A DNA stretch of 64,000 nucleotides from Patescibacteria group bacterium. GTDB lineage: Bacteria; Patescibacteriota; Microgenomatia; UBA1400; PJMF01. The DNA lies in NCBI GenBank assembly GCA_049322655.1, contig JBMORP010000006.1, positions 320,410-384,409 of the forward strand. The letters run 5' to 3'. The notes under the pieces were generated by a model. It was given only the letters and a program-made list of their open reading frames with translations, was not told where the DNA came from and did no database searches. The translations under genes and the position numbers were made by a program. This document shows, in pieces, positions 49,394 to 59,169 of the stretch (the stretch's first letter is position 1; each line of letters begins with the position of its first letter).

Positions 49394-50850
49394 CCATTGT
49401 GGTGATTCTTTGTATTATCAGTACCTTGCCTTTTACCTTGGTGAGGTTATTAAGATGGTTAGCTTGGTCACAACAAAAAGAATACCGTTCAGATCGAGTC
49501 TGGAGTTTTTTACTTTCTCCAGAGGGTAGCAGTGAATTACTTAGGCTTATTCCTCAAAAAAAAGATTTTTCTAGAACAGGTTTAAAAAGACCAGTCATTA
49601 CTATTAGATCGATACTGGTATTTTTTATTAGTTTAGTGTTACTAGGCTTTATTTTTGCCACTAGTCTTAACCTTGGTTGGTGGTGGCTACCTTTTTTAAT
49701 TTATATTTTTATCCCGTTGTTACCAGTTATTAGTAGTTTCGTCACCGAAATAATTAAATTATTGATTAGCTTGGTGTTACTATTCATCGCTCAAAAAAAA
49801 GTAAATAAACATCAACCCAAAATAGTTGGTGTAACCGGTAGTTATGGCAAAACTGCCACCCGCCATTTAGCAACTAGTGTCTTAGCTCAGCAATATACTG
49901 TTTACACACCACCAAAATCTCACAATACACCTTTAAGTATTGCTTTAGATTTGATTAAAAATTACCAAAACCAAGATATTTTGTTTCTTGAATTTGCTGC
50001 TTATAAACAAGGAGAAATCAAGAAACTAGCTCATTGGTTTAAACCAGATATTACCATTATTACTGGTCTAACTGCTCAACACTTAGCTTTATTTGGTAGT
50101 TTGGAAAACATTGTTAGGGCTAAGGGAGAACTAGTCAAAGCAACCAAAATAGACGGTAAAGTCTTATATAACCAAATGGATCCTGGAACAGAAAAAATCT
50201 GTGCCGAAGATCAAAGTAAACAACATCAGCCTTACTCTCCTCAACTCCAACAAACACTGTTGAGTCAAGAAAAACTAGATCATAAAGCTCGACTGAGTGT
50301 CTATTGGGGAGAAGATAAGCTTAATACTAATCTAATTGGCCTTCATCATACAGAAACAATTGCTGCAGCAATTAGTTTGGGTTTAATATTAAATATTCCC
50401 AAACAAAAAATCATTACAGGGATTAAATCATTCGTACCAGAGAATGTCTTTACTCAAGCTTATTTTCACCCTACTACCCAAACCCTCATTATTAATGATG
50501 GCAAAACCACTAACCCCAAGGGTTTTCGCTCTGCGCTAGCTATCTTGAATCACTTTAAAAAACAGGGGAAAAATACAATTTTAATTACCGGCGGAGTGGT
50601 AGATTTGGGTGATGAAACAGAATCAATTCACTTGGATTTGGCGAGAACTGCCAAACCAATTGTTGATTTAGTCTTTTATACAGGCTCTGACGGTAAAGCA
50701 GCTTTCAAAGAAGTATTTGAACAAAGAATGACTGACCACTTACCCACTTTAGTGTCCTTAATTCCAAAATTTAATCAAGATGATGTCATTTTAATCGAGG
50801 GCCATATTCCTTTGGAATTAACTAAATTACTGAAAAGAAAAAATGATTAA
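49390..50850 (+). CDS. murF: Mur ligase (MurF-like) with N-terminal TMs
   Basis: VGVTGSYGKT, SHNT, IIND..T.NP.G, GGVVDLG. Confidence 0.8.
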   Translation: MTIVVILCIISTLPFTLVRLLRWLAWSQQKEYRSDRVWSFLLSPEGSSELLRLIPQKKDFSRTGLKRPVITIRSILVFFISLVLLGFIFATSLNLGWWWLPFLIYIFIPLLPVISSFVTEIIKLLISLVLLFIAQKKVNKHQPKIVGVTGSYGKTATRHLATSVLAQQYTVYTPPKSHNTPLSIALDLIKNYQNQDILFLEFAAYKQGEIKKLAHWFKPDITIITGLTAQHLALFGSLENIVRAKGELVKATKIDGKVLYNQMDPGTEKICAEDQSKQHQPYSPQLQQTLLSQEKLDHKARLSVYWGEDKLNTNLIGLHHTETIAAAISLGLILNIPKQKIITGIKSFVPENVFTQAYFHPTTQTLIINDGKTTNPKGFRSALAILNHFKKQGKNTILITGGVVDLGDETESIHLDLARTAKPIVDLVFYTGSDGKAAFKEVFEQRMTDHLPTLVSLIPKFNQDDVILIEGHIPLELTKLLKRKND

Positions 50851-52063
50851 TGCCAGTCTAGGAGCTCATTACTCAAACAGATTTATTTGGCTAAGCTTAA
50901 AGCAATTGGTTTTAGCTGGTCTTGGACTTAACCAACCCCAATACTCAGAAAAACTAGCCAATTTAATAACCGATTTTTTCCCAGGAAAAGTCGAGTTTGT
51001 TTATAAAGGTCGTGATGCGATTGAACTTTGTCTAAAACAATATGGCATTACTAATCGTCGTGATGGAGTTATTACCCAAGCTTTTACTTGTTCAGCCATT
51101 GAAGAAGGAATCGTAAGAGCTGGAGCTACACCCATTTATGCTGACCTTGGCCACCAGCAACTAAATCTAAATACTGAAACCTTGGAACAAGTAAAAAATA
51201 ATCAGCCAAACTTAAAAATAAAAGCTGTACTCGTTCAACATAGTTTGGGCCATCCAGCAGAAATTAAAGCGATTAAAAACTGGTGCCAAAAAAACCAAGT
51301 TTTGCTAATAGAAGATCTAGCTCAAAGTTTTGGCGCCACGGATTCTGCCGACAACTTGCTAGGTAAAAATGCTGATGCAATTATCTTGTCGTTTGGCCGA
51401 GACAAAATCATCGATGCTGTAACTGGTGGTGCCGTGATTTTTCGCACTCAACCCCGAAACTACCAACCAAAAAAATTTGCTTTACCCAATAAAAAAATCA
51501 TTATCAAAGACTTGAGTTACCCTGTTTTAACCTGGTTGATTAGACATACCTACCACCTAAAAATAGGTAAAATCATCCATTTTTTACTTAAAAAAACTCA
51601 CTGGTTTTACTCACCAATCAAGGCACCTACTAAGCAAATCACTCTATTGCCCAGCTATTTTGTTCAACTAGCTTTACTACAATTGATTGAATTGGATACT
51701 AATCACCAACATCGCCAAGAAATAAGTGAATTTTATCTTAAGGAATTAACTAACTTACCAATCCAACTCTTCACCACTCAACAGAACCTTGAGAAAGCTT
51801 CATTACTTAGATTTGCTTTTACTACCCCACACTGGTCTGAAATAATGACCGATTGGCAACAACACCAAATTTACTTAGCTGATCGATGGTACCGACAACC
51901 AGTAGACTGTGGCCAACTACATTGTTCAAGATTTTACCAAGAAAAATCATGTCCTAATGCCGAAAAAATTAGTCAACAAATTCTCAACCTCCCAACTCAC
52001 AGACAAATTTCTCTCAAAGCTGCCCAAAAAATTGTGGCTATAATAAAAAAACATGTCAATTAA
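50843..52063 (+). CDS. DegT/DnrJ/EryC1/StrS-family aminotransferase
   Basis: GRDAI, AFTC, IEDLAQSFGA, SFGRDK, CPNAE...LNLPTH. Confidence 0.85.
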   Translation: MINASLGAHYSNRFIWLSLKQLVLAGLGLNQPQYSEKLANLITDFFPGKVEFVYKGRDAIELCLKQYGITNRRDGVITQAFTCSAIEEGIVRAGATPIYADLGHQQLNLNTETLEQVKNNQPNLKIKAVLVQHSLGHPAEIKAIKNWCQKNQVLLIEDLAQSFGATDSADNLLGKNADAIILSFGRDKIIDAVTGGAVIFRTQPRNYQPKKFALPNKKIIIKDLSYPVLTWLIRHTYHLKIGKIIHFLLKKTHWFYSPIKAPTKQITLLPSYFVQLALLQLIELDTNHQHRQEISEFYLKELTNLPIQLFTTQQNLEKASLLRFAFTTPHWSEIMTDWQQHQIYLADRWYRQPVDCGQLHCSRFYQEKSCPNAEKISQQILNLPTHRQISLKAAQKIVAIIKKHVN

Positions 52064-53081
52064 TTTTCAAGTTATCGAGACCGAACAAAACTGGGAAAGA
52101 ATTATTAGTTATTTTCCTGAAGCCAATTTTTTACAATCTTTTTATTGGGGTGAATTTGAAAAAAAATTAAACAAAAAAGTTTTCAGGTTTGCTCTTTTTA
52201 AAAAAAATCAACCAATTATTGCTTTACAAATCATCAAAGAAACAGCCAAAAGAGGCAACTACCTCACCATTGCCGGTGGCCCATTGCTTGACTGGGAAAA
52301 ACAATTAACCAACCACAACTTTTCCCAATTAATCAATTTTTTAAAGACTTTAGCTCAAAAAGAAAACTGTAGTTTTATTCGCCTCAGACCTCAAACCTTA
52401 GATACTGAAGAGCTCAGACAACAACTCAAAAAATACCAACTTATTCCTTCGCCAATGCATCTAACTGCCGATCTCACCCTCCAGTTAGATCTAACCAAAT
52501 CGCCAACCCAACTTCTCCAAGAAATGAGAAAAAATACTCGTTATGAAATCAAACAAGCAGAAAAAAAAGGCATCACTGTAATCCAAACACAAGATTCACA
52601 CAAAATCAAAGGGTTTTATCAACACCAACTGGAACTGGCTAATAAACACAACTTTGTGCCTTTTAGTTATGAATTTTTGTTAGCTCAATTTGAAACTTTT
52701 GTGGAAAAAAATAAAGTTACTTTATTTTCTAGTTACTTAGAAAATAAGTTACTAGCTTCAGCCTTTATTATTTTTTACAACCAAGAAGCTGTCTATCACT
52801 ATGGTATTTCTACTGAGGATAATTACAAACTTCCTGGAGCCTATGCTTGTCAGTGGGCCGCTATCCAGGAAGCCCAAAAAAGAGGTTGCAAAAAATACAA
52901 TTTTTGGGGGATTGCTCCCAAAGATGAGCCTCAGCATCGTTTTGCTGGGGTGTCATTATTTAAACGCGGTTTTGGTGGTGAAGAAGTAGCCTACTTACCA
53001 GCCCATGATTTACCAGTCTCAACGTTCTATTGGGCCACCTATTTCTTTGAAAGTTTTAGAAAAAAAATCAGAAAACTATAA
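52053..53081 (+). CDS. FemABX-family peptidoglycan bridge peptidyltransferase
   Basis: FLQSFYWGEF, GGPL, MRKNTRYEIKQA, YHYG.S, YNFWGI, FKRGFGG. Confidence 0.9.
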   Translation: MSINFQVIETEQNWERIISYFPEANFLQSFYWGEFEKKLNKKVFRFALFKKNQPIIALQIIKETAKRGNYLTIAGGPLLDWEKQLTNHNFSQLINFLKTLAQKENCSFIRLRPQTLDTEELRQQLKKYQLIPSPMHLTADLTLQLDLTKSPTQLLQEMRKNTRYEIKQAEKKGITVIQTQDSHKIKGFYQHQLELANKHNFVPFSYEFLLAQFETFVEKNKVTLFSSYLENKLLASAFIIFYNQEAVYHYGISTEDNYKLPGAYACQWAAIQEAQKRGCKKYNFWGIAPKDEPQHRFAGVSLFKRGFGGEEVAYLPAHDLPVSTFYWATYFFESFRKKIRKL

Positions 53082-54080
53082 ATTTTCATAAAGATCAACA
53101 TAAAGCTGTGCGATTCGATGCCAACTATGTTGTTTGGCAAATTCATAAGCTTGTGTCAATTTATCTTGATTAAAATGAGTATTCTTTTGCAAAATAGTTA
53201 ATTTTCTTGACAACTCACTACTATTTTTAACCACTTGAACAAATTTACCTAGAGGAGATAAGGAAAAATAATCTCTTTTGAGAGGATTACTGTAGGCAGC
53301 CACGACTAAACATTTATAAGCAAAAGCTTCTAAAACTGATAAATACCCACCAGCAAAAACAAGCTTAGCTTTTTTTAAATAAGGCATTGGATTTCTAAAA
53401 CCAGTCACTTCACCAAATAAAGCAGCTTGTTCTCTTAACTCACCATCTCCACAAAAAACCACCTGACCATGCCAAGATTGGTCTTTTAAACTTTGGAGCA
53501 ACAATGGTAACCCAGTGTCATAACTCAACCGACCAACATATAACAAAATATGCTGTTTAAGATAATCTTTTTGGGGAAGATGAACCCCACCATAGATCAC
53601 TAGATCGGCAGAAAAACCATAATATTTTTCCAAATATTTACCAACGGCAATCGTTTTAGTTGACAACCATACGCCCAACTTACGCCACAGTTTATTTTTT
53701 TGCGGTAAAGGAAATTTACCTTCCCAACCATGAAAAGTTGTCACTATTGGTTTTCGCCAAAACAATAATTTAAAAGGTAGATACCAAATAAAAACATCAT
53801 GAATATGAATTACTTCAGCTTCTTTAATCAGAGCAAAATATTTTTTCAACAGTTGCCACCAAATATTTAACAGTCCTAAAAACCTTGTTTTAGGGTAACT
53901 AAATCGATAAATTTCTATGCCAGTTTTTTTTTCAAAAATGGCTGATTTTTTAGTTTGTTCAGTAATAATTTTGATTGAGTATTTTTTTTTGTTTAAATAA
54001 TGAACTGTCTCCCAAACATGACGTTCAACTCCACCTATGTTGGGAAAAAATGATGGCGTAAAAACAAGAATTTTTTTCAT
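53076..54080 (-). CDS. Glycosyltransferase family 4
   Basis: FFPNIGGVE, LYVGRL, LEAFAY. Confidence 0.88.
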   Translation of the reverse strand: MKKILVFTPSFFPNIGGVERHVWETVHYLNKKKYSIKIITEQTKKSAIFEKKTGIEIYRFSYPKTRFLGLLNIWWQLLKKYFALIKEAEVIHIHDVFIWYLPFKLLFWRKPIVTTFHGWEGKFPLPQKNKLWRKLGVWLSTKTIAVGKYLEKYYGFSADLVIYGGVHLPQKDYLKQHILLYVGRLSYDTGLPLLLQSLKDQSWHGQVVFCGDGELREQAALFGEVTGFRNPMPYLKKAKLVFAGGYLSVLEAFAYKCLVVAAYSNPLKRDYFSLSPLGKFVQVVKNSSELSRKLTILQKNTHFNQDKLTQAYEFAKQHSWHRIAQLYVDLYENL

Positions 54081-54117
54081 TAAAAAACAATAATTTTAAA
54101 AGTTATAATAACCTATC

Positions 54118-55068
54118 ATGAAGATTAGTTTAGTTATAACGATTTTTAATGAAGAATCAACTCTAGATTTACTATTAACTGCTATCAAAAAACAAACACA
54201 ACAAATCGATGAACTAATTATTGTTGATGGAGGTTCAACCGATCGAAGCTGGGCAATTTTAAAAACTTATCAACAACAAAAATTTTTCAAAAATAAATTA
54301 AAAATTTATCAAAAAACTGGCAATAGAAGTACTGGTAGAAACTTAGCCATTAAAAAAACTACTAACGAACTAATTGCCATTACTGATGCTGGCTGCATCC
54401 CCAATAAAGATTGGTTAGAAAAACTAGTAAAAAAACAGCACCAAACTCAAGCTCCAGTAGTTGCTGGTTACTACTACGGTCTAGCAAAAAACAACTTTCA
54501 ACAAGCAGTTATTCCTTATGTATTGGTGATGCCAGACAAAATCGATCACAATTTTTTACCAGCCACTCGGTCAATGTTAATTAGCAAAAAAACTTGGCAA
54601 GAAGTCGGCGGCTTTAATGAACAACTCAACCACAATGAAGATTATGCTTTTGCCAAAGAACTAGAAAGTAGAAAAATTAAAATTGCCATTGCCCAAGCAG
54701 CCCAAGTAGCTTGGTTGCCCAGAAAAAACTTATGGTCTTTCATCGTAATGATTTACCGCTTTGCTTTGGGTGATGCTGAAGCAGAAATCTTCAGACCAAA
54801 AGTAGGACTAATCTTGGCTAGATATTTTTTATTAATTTTAGTTTTATTTTTTAGTTTGCTTGGTTTATTTTTTCCACCAGTTAATTTTTTAACTAGTTAT
54901 GGTTTAACTATACTGCTGTTAGCAATAATTAGTTATGGTAGCTGGGCTATAGCAAAAAATAAAAAATATGTTGTCACTGGTTGGTGGTGGTTACCACTAT
55001 TACAAATCTCGGCTGACTTAGCAGTCATTACTGGCACTGTGACCGGTTCATTAAAAAAACTAAATTAA
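54118..55068 (+). CDS. Glycosyltransferase family 2
   Basis: SLVITIFNE, IVDGGSTD, GRN.AI, TDAG, GGFNE...ED. Confidence 0.9.
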   Translation: MKISLVITIFNEESTLDLLLTAIKKQTQQIDELIIVDGGSTDRSWAILKTYQQQKFFKNKLKIYQKTGNRSTGRNLAIKKTTNELIAITDAGCIPNKDWLEKLVKKQHQTQAPVVAGYYYGLAKNNFQQAVIPYVLVMPDKIDHNFLPATRSMLISKKTWQEVGGFNEQLNHNEDYAFAKELESRKIKIAIAQAAQVAWLPRKNLWSFIVMIYRFALGDAEAEIFRPKVGLILARYFLLILVLFFSLLGLFFPPVNFLTSYGLTILLLAIISYGSWAIAKNKKYVVTGWWWLPLLQISADLAVITGTVTGSLKKLN

Positions 55069-55629
55069 CTCTTCAAAATCAACCACATCAATAAAATCAA
55101 TCCCAGCAGCAGCTGCTGCCAACTGGTCGTTCTCACTATCACCAATCATTAAATAATCTTTTTTACTTGTGCCAGGAATAAAGATTTGGTCAAAACCAGC
55201 CGGTCTGGGCTTGGGATAATCAACCGCATCTCTAGTAATAATGTTCCTAAAGGACTGCTCTAAACCCAAATCTTGTAAAACAGGTTGAATGGTTTCCAGG
55301 TGGTTGCTAGTCCATAAAAAAAATTGAAAACGAGTTTGATTCTCCTGAATAAACTGAACTAACCTCATGTTTGGTTCATGGTTGGTATAGTTTTGTTGTT
55401 CATATTCTTTGGTAAAAGTTTGAAAGGCCTCAATCGCCGGCTGACCAACCCGATCAATAACCTCTGCTTGGAATACATAAGGATTACCATTAATGACTAA
55501 ACTAGTATCGCCAGTCAGTTCTTTAGCTAATTTTAACCACCCCTCACGAGAATGACTCCAATCAATAATGAGCGTATCAATCGTTCGGTCAAAATCAAAA
55601 ACTAAATATTTTTTGCTGGTTAAATTCAT
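55060..55629 (-). CDS. HAD-superfamily hydrolase
   Basis: FDFDRT, TSN, KPRP, MIGDSEND. Confidence 0.88.
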   Translation of the reverse strand: MNLTSKKYLVFDFDRTIDTLIIDWSHSREGWLKLAKELTGDTSLVINGNPYVFQAEVIDRVGQPAIEAFQTFTKEYEQQNYTNHEPNMRLVQFIQENQTRFQFFLWTSNHLETIQPVLQDLGLEQSFRNIITRDAVDYPKPRPAGFDQIFIPGTSKKDYLMIGDSENDQLAAAAAGIDFIDVVDFEELI

Positions 55630-55638
55630 TGTCTTTTT

Positions 55639-56847
55639 CTAGTTGTCACTTACAATGGTGTTAACACTATCACTGGAAGCATGAATTAATAAAGTATTTC
55701 TTCTTACCGTTGCTTTCACATTAAGTAACTTGCCTGTTTGGTATTCAAAATATGGAGTCAACCTAATTCGACCTTTCATAATTAGTAAATCCATAAAATC
55801 CTCAGTAGCATAAGTAATGCTCACTTTTTTATTACTGAGAAAAGGCTGGATCAACCAACTCTGTTTACTTTCTTCAATAGATTGAAGCAATTGTTTCAAT
55901 TGAACTTTTGATTTTTTATGTAAAAAGTTAACACTCTTTGCCCAAGAAGCATCAGGATGATTGCCAGCCATTTTAACAACAAACCTTAATTGTTCTCTAG
56001 GAAAATTAACTAAATCAAGCCAATTTTTAATAGTTAAAGGAAAATCGGTTGGAACTGAGCTTTTGATAAACCAAGTGGGTAATAACAATTGGTCTAATAA
56101 TTTTATGGTTTCACCAGATAGTTTGGCTCGCAAATTATCATCAGAAAAATAATCAGCTAATAAATACTTGCCCTCAAAGTATGGATCTATTTGGGGAAAT
56201 AGCTTGGGTTCACTAAGCAAAAATTTATTAATTGCTTCATCCAAACTAGCTTCGTAAGTATAAAAAGCACGATAAAAAAAATTGTTTTTAATTTCTTCAG
56301 CTGTGAGATCTTCGATAAACCTAACCGAAAAATCACCCCCATATTGCTTCAAACTATTTGCCAAATAAACTAATTGACCTTTAAAACGATCAGTATGATC
56401 TGAATAAACAAAAATTCCTTGATTTGTGCCAGTACTTTGTTGCCACCACTGCATGAAACCAGTAAAAATATATCTAACATCCTGACCAAGCACTTTAGTC
56501 CATTCACGATAAGAACTTTGCAAAAAAATTATCAAAGCCAAACCAAAAGGTTGAGTTTCTATTTCGCAAACTTTCAAGCCATCAGCTGTCATCAACACAT
56601 CTGGTCTAATAAAAAAAGTGTTAAATGGTTTTTGGTAAAGCTCAGTAGCTTGAGTCATGAGCTCTTTCAAAGCAGGTCCCAAAGCTAACAACTTGCTTTT
56701 TTCTTCCTCAGCCAAATGAAAAGTTTCTGCCGTTACCAAAAAAGGCAAATTGTTACTGGTTGTATGCTGAAAAGCAGAATCATATAAAGAAATATCAGCC
56801 GCCGACTGGTCAATCTTAGCAGCTTTTTTTAATAAAGATGATTGCAC
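55639..56847 (-). CDS. ATP-grasp-like ligase (glutathionylspermidine synthase-like fold)
   Basis: IRPDV....G.KVCEIE, EGK, VVK..G...SWAKSV, WLIQPF, RIRLTPYF. Confidence 0.6.
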   Translation of the reverse strand: MQSSLLKKAAKIDQSAADISLYDSAFQHTTSNNLPFLVTAETFHLAEEEKSKLLALGPALKELMTQATELYQKPFNTFFIRPDVLMTADGLKVCEIETQPFGLALIIFLQSSYREWTKVLGQDVRYIFTGFMQWWQQSTGTNQGIFVYSDHTDRFKGQLVYLANSLKQYGGDFSVRFIEDLTAEEIKNNFFYRAFYTYEASLDEAINKFLLSEPKLFPQIDPYFEGKYLLADYFSDDNLRAKLSGETIKLLDQLLLPTWFIKSSVPTDFPLTIKNWLDLVNFPREQLRFVVKMAGNHPDASWAKSVNFLHKKSKVQLKQLLQSIEESKQSWLIQPFLSNKKVSITYATEDFMDLLIMKGRIRLTPYFEYQTGKLLNVKATVRRNTLLIHASSDSVNTIVSDN

Positions 56848-56849
56848 AA

Positions 56850-57368
56850 CTACTCTCTTTCTTTGGACGTTCCCGTCACTGCATCATAACATTTGGGAAT
56901 CATGCCTACCGGGAAATTATATTTATCAACTATTTCACAGTAAATCAAGCCAACCCCATTGTGAGCAATTTGCCAACCATCCGCTGTTTTAGCCGCAAAG
57001 TAAATCCCACCTTTATCCCCCTCACCCACATTCACAAATCCAGTCATAAACTCCAAACTACTTTCCGCTTCAGCGGTAATCTGCACCTCTGCTAGATCCA
57101 TTTTAAAACTTTCAGCAAGCTTTTCTCTCACTTGCTGAACATCATCAGCTGTGAGACCGCTTTTTTGAGCTTGTTCTGTTAATGGATTCGCAAAGTCATC
57201 CTCATCTGCAGGAATGCCCACCTGAGGCACTACACTTCCCTGATTTTCTCCAGTCGAGCCAGCATTAATTGTTTTTAACTCTAAATTGTTATCTCCCTCT
57301 GGAGCCTGACAACCAGCAAATACCACTGCAGCAACCAAAACCACTAACAACAAAAATGACTTTTTCAT
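56850..57368 (-). CDS. Hypothetical lipoprotein
   Basis: MKKS...VFAG-C lipobox; GG..FAAK...W....G.G...C....Y.FP..M...C domain. Confidence 0.7.
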   Translation of the reverse strand: MKKSFLLLVVLVAAVVFAGCQAPEGDNNLELKTINAGSTGENQGSVVPQVGIPADEDDFANPLTEQAQKSGLTADDVQQVREKLAESFKMDLAEVQITAEAESSLEFMTGFVNVGEGDKGGIYFAAKTADGWQIAHNGVGLIYCEIVDKYNFPVGMIPKCYDAVTGTSKERE

Positions 57369-57472
57369 AACAAGCTTAAGTCTACCCACTTATGAACTAA
57401 CTCTCAAGAGTTGAGTTTTTTAACATGGTCCACCCAAAAAATGGCTGGTATAATCTGGGCTTACCAAAACTA

Positions 57473-57560
57473 GGAGGCATCGCATAGTGGCCAATTGCAC
57501 AGGTTTGCTAAACCTGACCGGATCTCCGGTTCATGGGTTCAAATCCCATTGCCTCCGCCA
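57473..57560 (+). tRNA. tRNA-Ser(GCT), CCA encoded
   Basis: GGAGGCA/TGCCTCC acceptor; CAGGT-TTGCTAA-ACCTG; ACCGG/CCGGT variable arm. Confidence 0.96.
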
Positions 57561-57569
57561 AACATTATC

Positions 57570-57992
57570 ATGCATAAACTAGAATCATTCAGTTTCCGCG
57601 GCGAAACACTTACTACTCAACTAATCGAAACAACCGAAGTTTTTACCGGAGTAATTTGTGATGCTTATCTTCACCCAGAAACCAAAGAAAGAGATCTCGG
57701 AGTTATTTATATCGAAGCAGACAGAAGAACTCATCCTCAAAGAGTATTAAAAGGCGACCAAACCATAGAAGGCTATATATCAGGAAAGGGTGAGTTAATC
57801 ATCAAAAAAAGTAATGGAGAGAGGTTGGTTTTTCAAGTTGGACCAGGTAGTGAGGGCTTTGCCCAAAATATAGAGGTCGGCGATATTATGCAGTGGCGAG
57901 CAGATGAACAAGAGGGCTTAGTTGTCTTTGAAGTTTGCTATCCACCATATGAAGCGGGTCGCTATGAAAACCTAGCAGATATGTTGCTATAA
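57570..57992 (+). CDS. Cupin-like hypothetical protein
   Basis: Start at 57570, just after the tRNA; T..Q.VL.G..TIEG..SGKG.L...VGDIMQW...EVC.PPY..GR. Confidence 0.65.
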   Translation: MHKLESFSFRGETLTTQLIETTEVFTGVICDAYLHPETKERDLGVIYIEADRRTHPQRVLKGDQTIEGYISGKGELIIKKSNGERLVFQVGPGSEGFAQNIEVGDIMQWRADEQEGLVVFEVCYPPYEAGRYENLADMLL

Positions 57993-57994
57993 AG

Positions 57995-58468
57995 TTACTT
58001 CAACCTAGCTAATAAATATTTAACTTCTCCTGTTGGAGAACTAACTAGCACTTCGGCTCCTACTTTTTTACCAACCACCGCCTGACCAATTGGACTATCT
58101 AGTGAAAATTTCATTTGTTCTGGATCAGCTTCATAACTACCAACCAAGGTAAAAACTAAAGTATGAGTCTCGTTTTGCAAAGTCACTTCCTTACCAAAAC
58201 TAGCTAAATCGCTTTGGTCAATTTTTGGAACATAAGCATTAGCCAAAAGATAGTGAAGTTGTCTGAGTTGCCGTCTCACTCCGCCTAATTCAAACTTAGC
58301 AGCTTTGTAGGCTCCGTTCTCTGATAAATCACCCATTTCTCTAGCCACAACCAATCGATCTAGAATTTCTTTTTTAAGCTTCATCAACCTAACTAGCTCA
58401 GCTTTTTTACTATCTAGAGCTTGTTGAGATAAAGGAATCTTTGCTGGTTTAGGTGGATTATTCATCAA
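57995..58468 (-). CDS. greA: Transcription elongation factor GreA
   Basis: AREMGDLSENGAYKAAK, VG..EADP, S.DSPIGQA..GK. Confidence 0.93.
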   Translation of the reverse strand: MMNNPPKPAKIPLSQQALDSKKAELVRLMKLKKEILDRLVVAREMGDLSENGAYKAAKFELGGVRRQLRQLHYLLANAYVPKIDQSDLASFGKEVTLQNETHTLVFTLVGSYEADPEQMKFSLDSPIGQAVVGKKVGAEVLVSSPTGEVKYLLARLK

Positions 58469-58544
58469 TAAAACTATCTTAACAGTTAATCTTGATAATT
58501 ATTAAACAAAATTTAGCAACTCAATGATAAAATCTAAACATTAA

Positions 58545-58629
58545 GGAGAGGTCGCATAGTGGTCTAGTGCAGCGGTTTACTAAACCGCCGTGGTGAAAGC
58601 TACCGCGGGTTCGAATCCCGCCCTCTCCG
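58545..58629 (+). tRNA. tRNA-Ser with anticodon ACT (A34)
   Basis: GGAGAGG/CCTCTCC acceptor; GCA/TGC D stem; GCGGT-TTACTAA-ACCGC (anticodon 58579-58581); GTGGT-GAAA-GCTAC variable arm; GCGGG-TTCGAAT-CCCGC; G73. Confidence 0.92.
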
Positions 58630-58695
58630 CATCCTAGGATTAGAACTATAACGACGACGTGTTTTAGACCAACATGTCCAGCCAAACTAAAATAT

Positions 58696-59112
58696 ATGAT
58701 TGATTTTATAAAAAATAAACTTGCAGAACTAGCCGCCTATAGTGAAATCATGAGACAAAAAGCAATAGCTGAAAAACTATTGGACATGATATGGGGTTTT
58801 CACTATCGTGGCCAAAAAGGAAACGAATTTAATCCAAGTGGAATTGAGGCTGCAATTCGTATTAATCTAGAATACTTGCCCAACTCAATCAAGGGTTTAA
58901 ACATCGGCTGGGAAAGACCAATTATGCGCTCAAGTGCTACTCCAGATGATAAACCAAATAGTCTGGCTGACCTAGAAGAACTTGCAAAAAAACTAGCCAA
59001 AGAAGCCGGAATCCATAGATACATTTGGTACGAACAACAAGAGGATGGAAAATTGATTCGTTTTACTGAAAATACCATTAATGGCGATGTTTATAAACAT
59101 GACCATATGTAA
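58696..59112 (+). CDS. Hypothetical protein between tRNA-Ser(ACT) and a degenerate copy of its 3' end
   Basis: 138-aa ORF; no recognised motif. Confidence 0.6.
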   Translation: MIDFIKNKLAELAAYSEIMRQKAIAEKLLDMIWGFHYRGQKGNEFNPSGIEAAIRINLEYLPNSIKGLNIGWERPIMRSSATPDDKPNSLADLEELAKKLAKEAGIHRYIWYEQQEDGKLIRFTENTINGDVYKHDHM

Positions 59113-59145
59113 TAAAATGTTAAGCAAATATATTAAAGTCGGCTT

Positions 59146-59169
59146 GGGTTCCAGACCCACCTGCTCCGC
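59146..59169 (+). repeat. Degenerate copy of tRNA-Ser(ACT) 3' end (att-like)
   Basis: GGGTTCCAGACCCACCTGCTCCGC vs GGGTTCGAATCCCGCCCTCTCCGC at 58607-58630 (18/24). Confidence 0.55.

Noticed and set aside
57495-57569. N-terminal extension of the cupin-like ORF
   Set aside because: Overlaps tRNA-Ser(GCT); the ATG at 57570 is the plausible start.
58545-58629. Selenocysteine, pyrrolysine or suppressor tRNA
   Set aside because: The anticodon centred in the 7-nt loop is ACT, not TCA or CTA, and the acceptor stem is the standard 7 bp.
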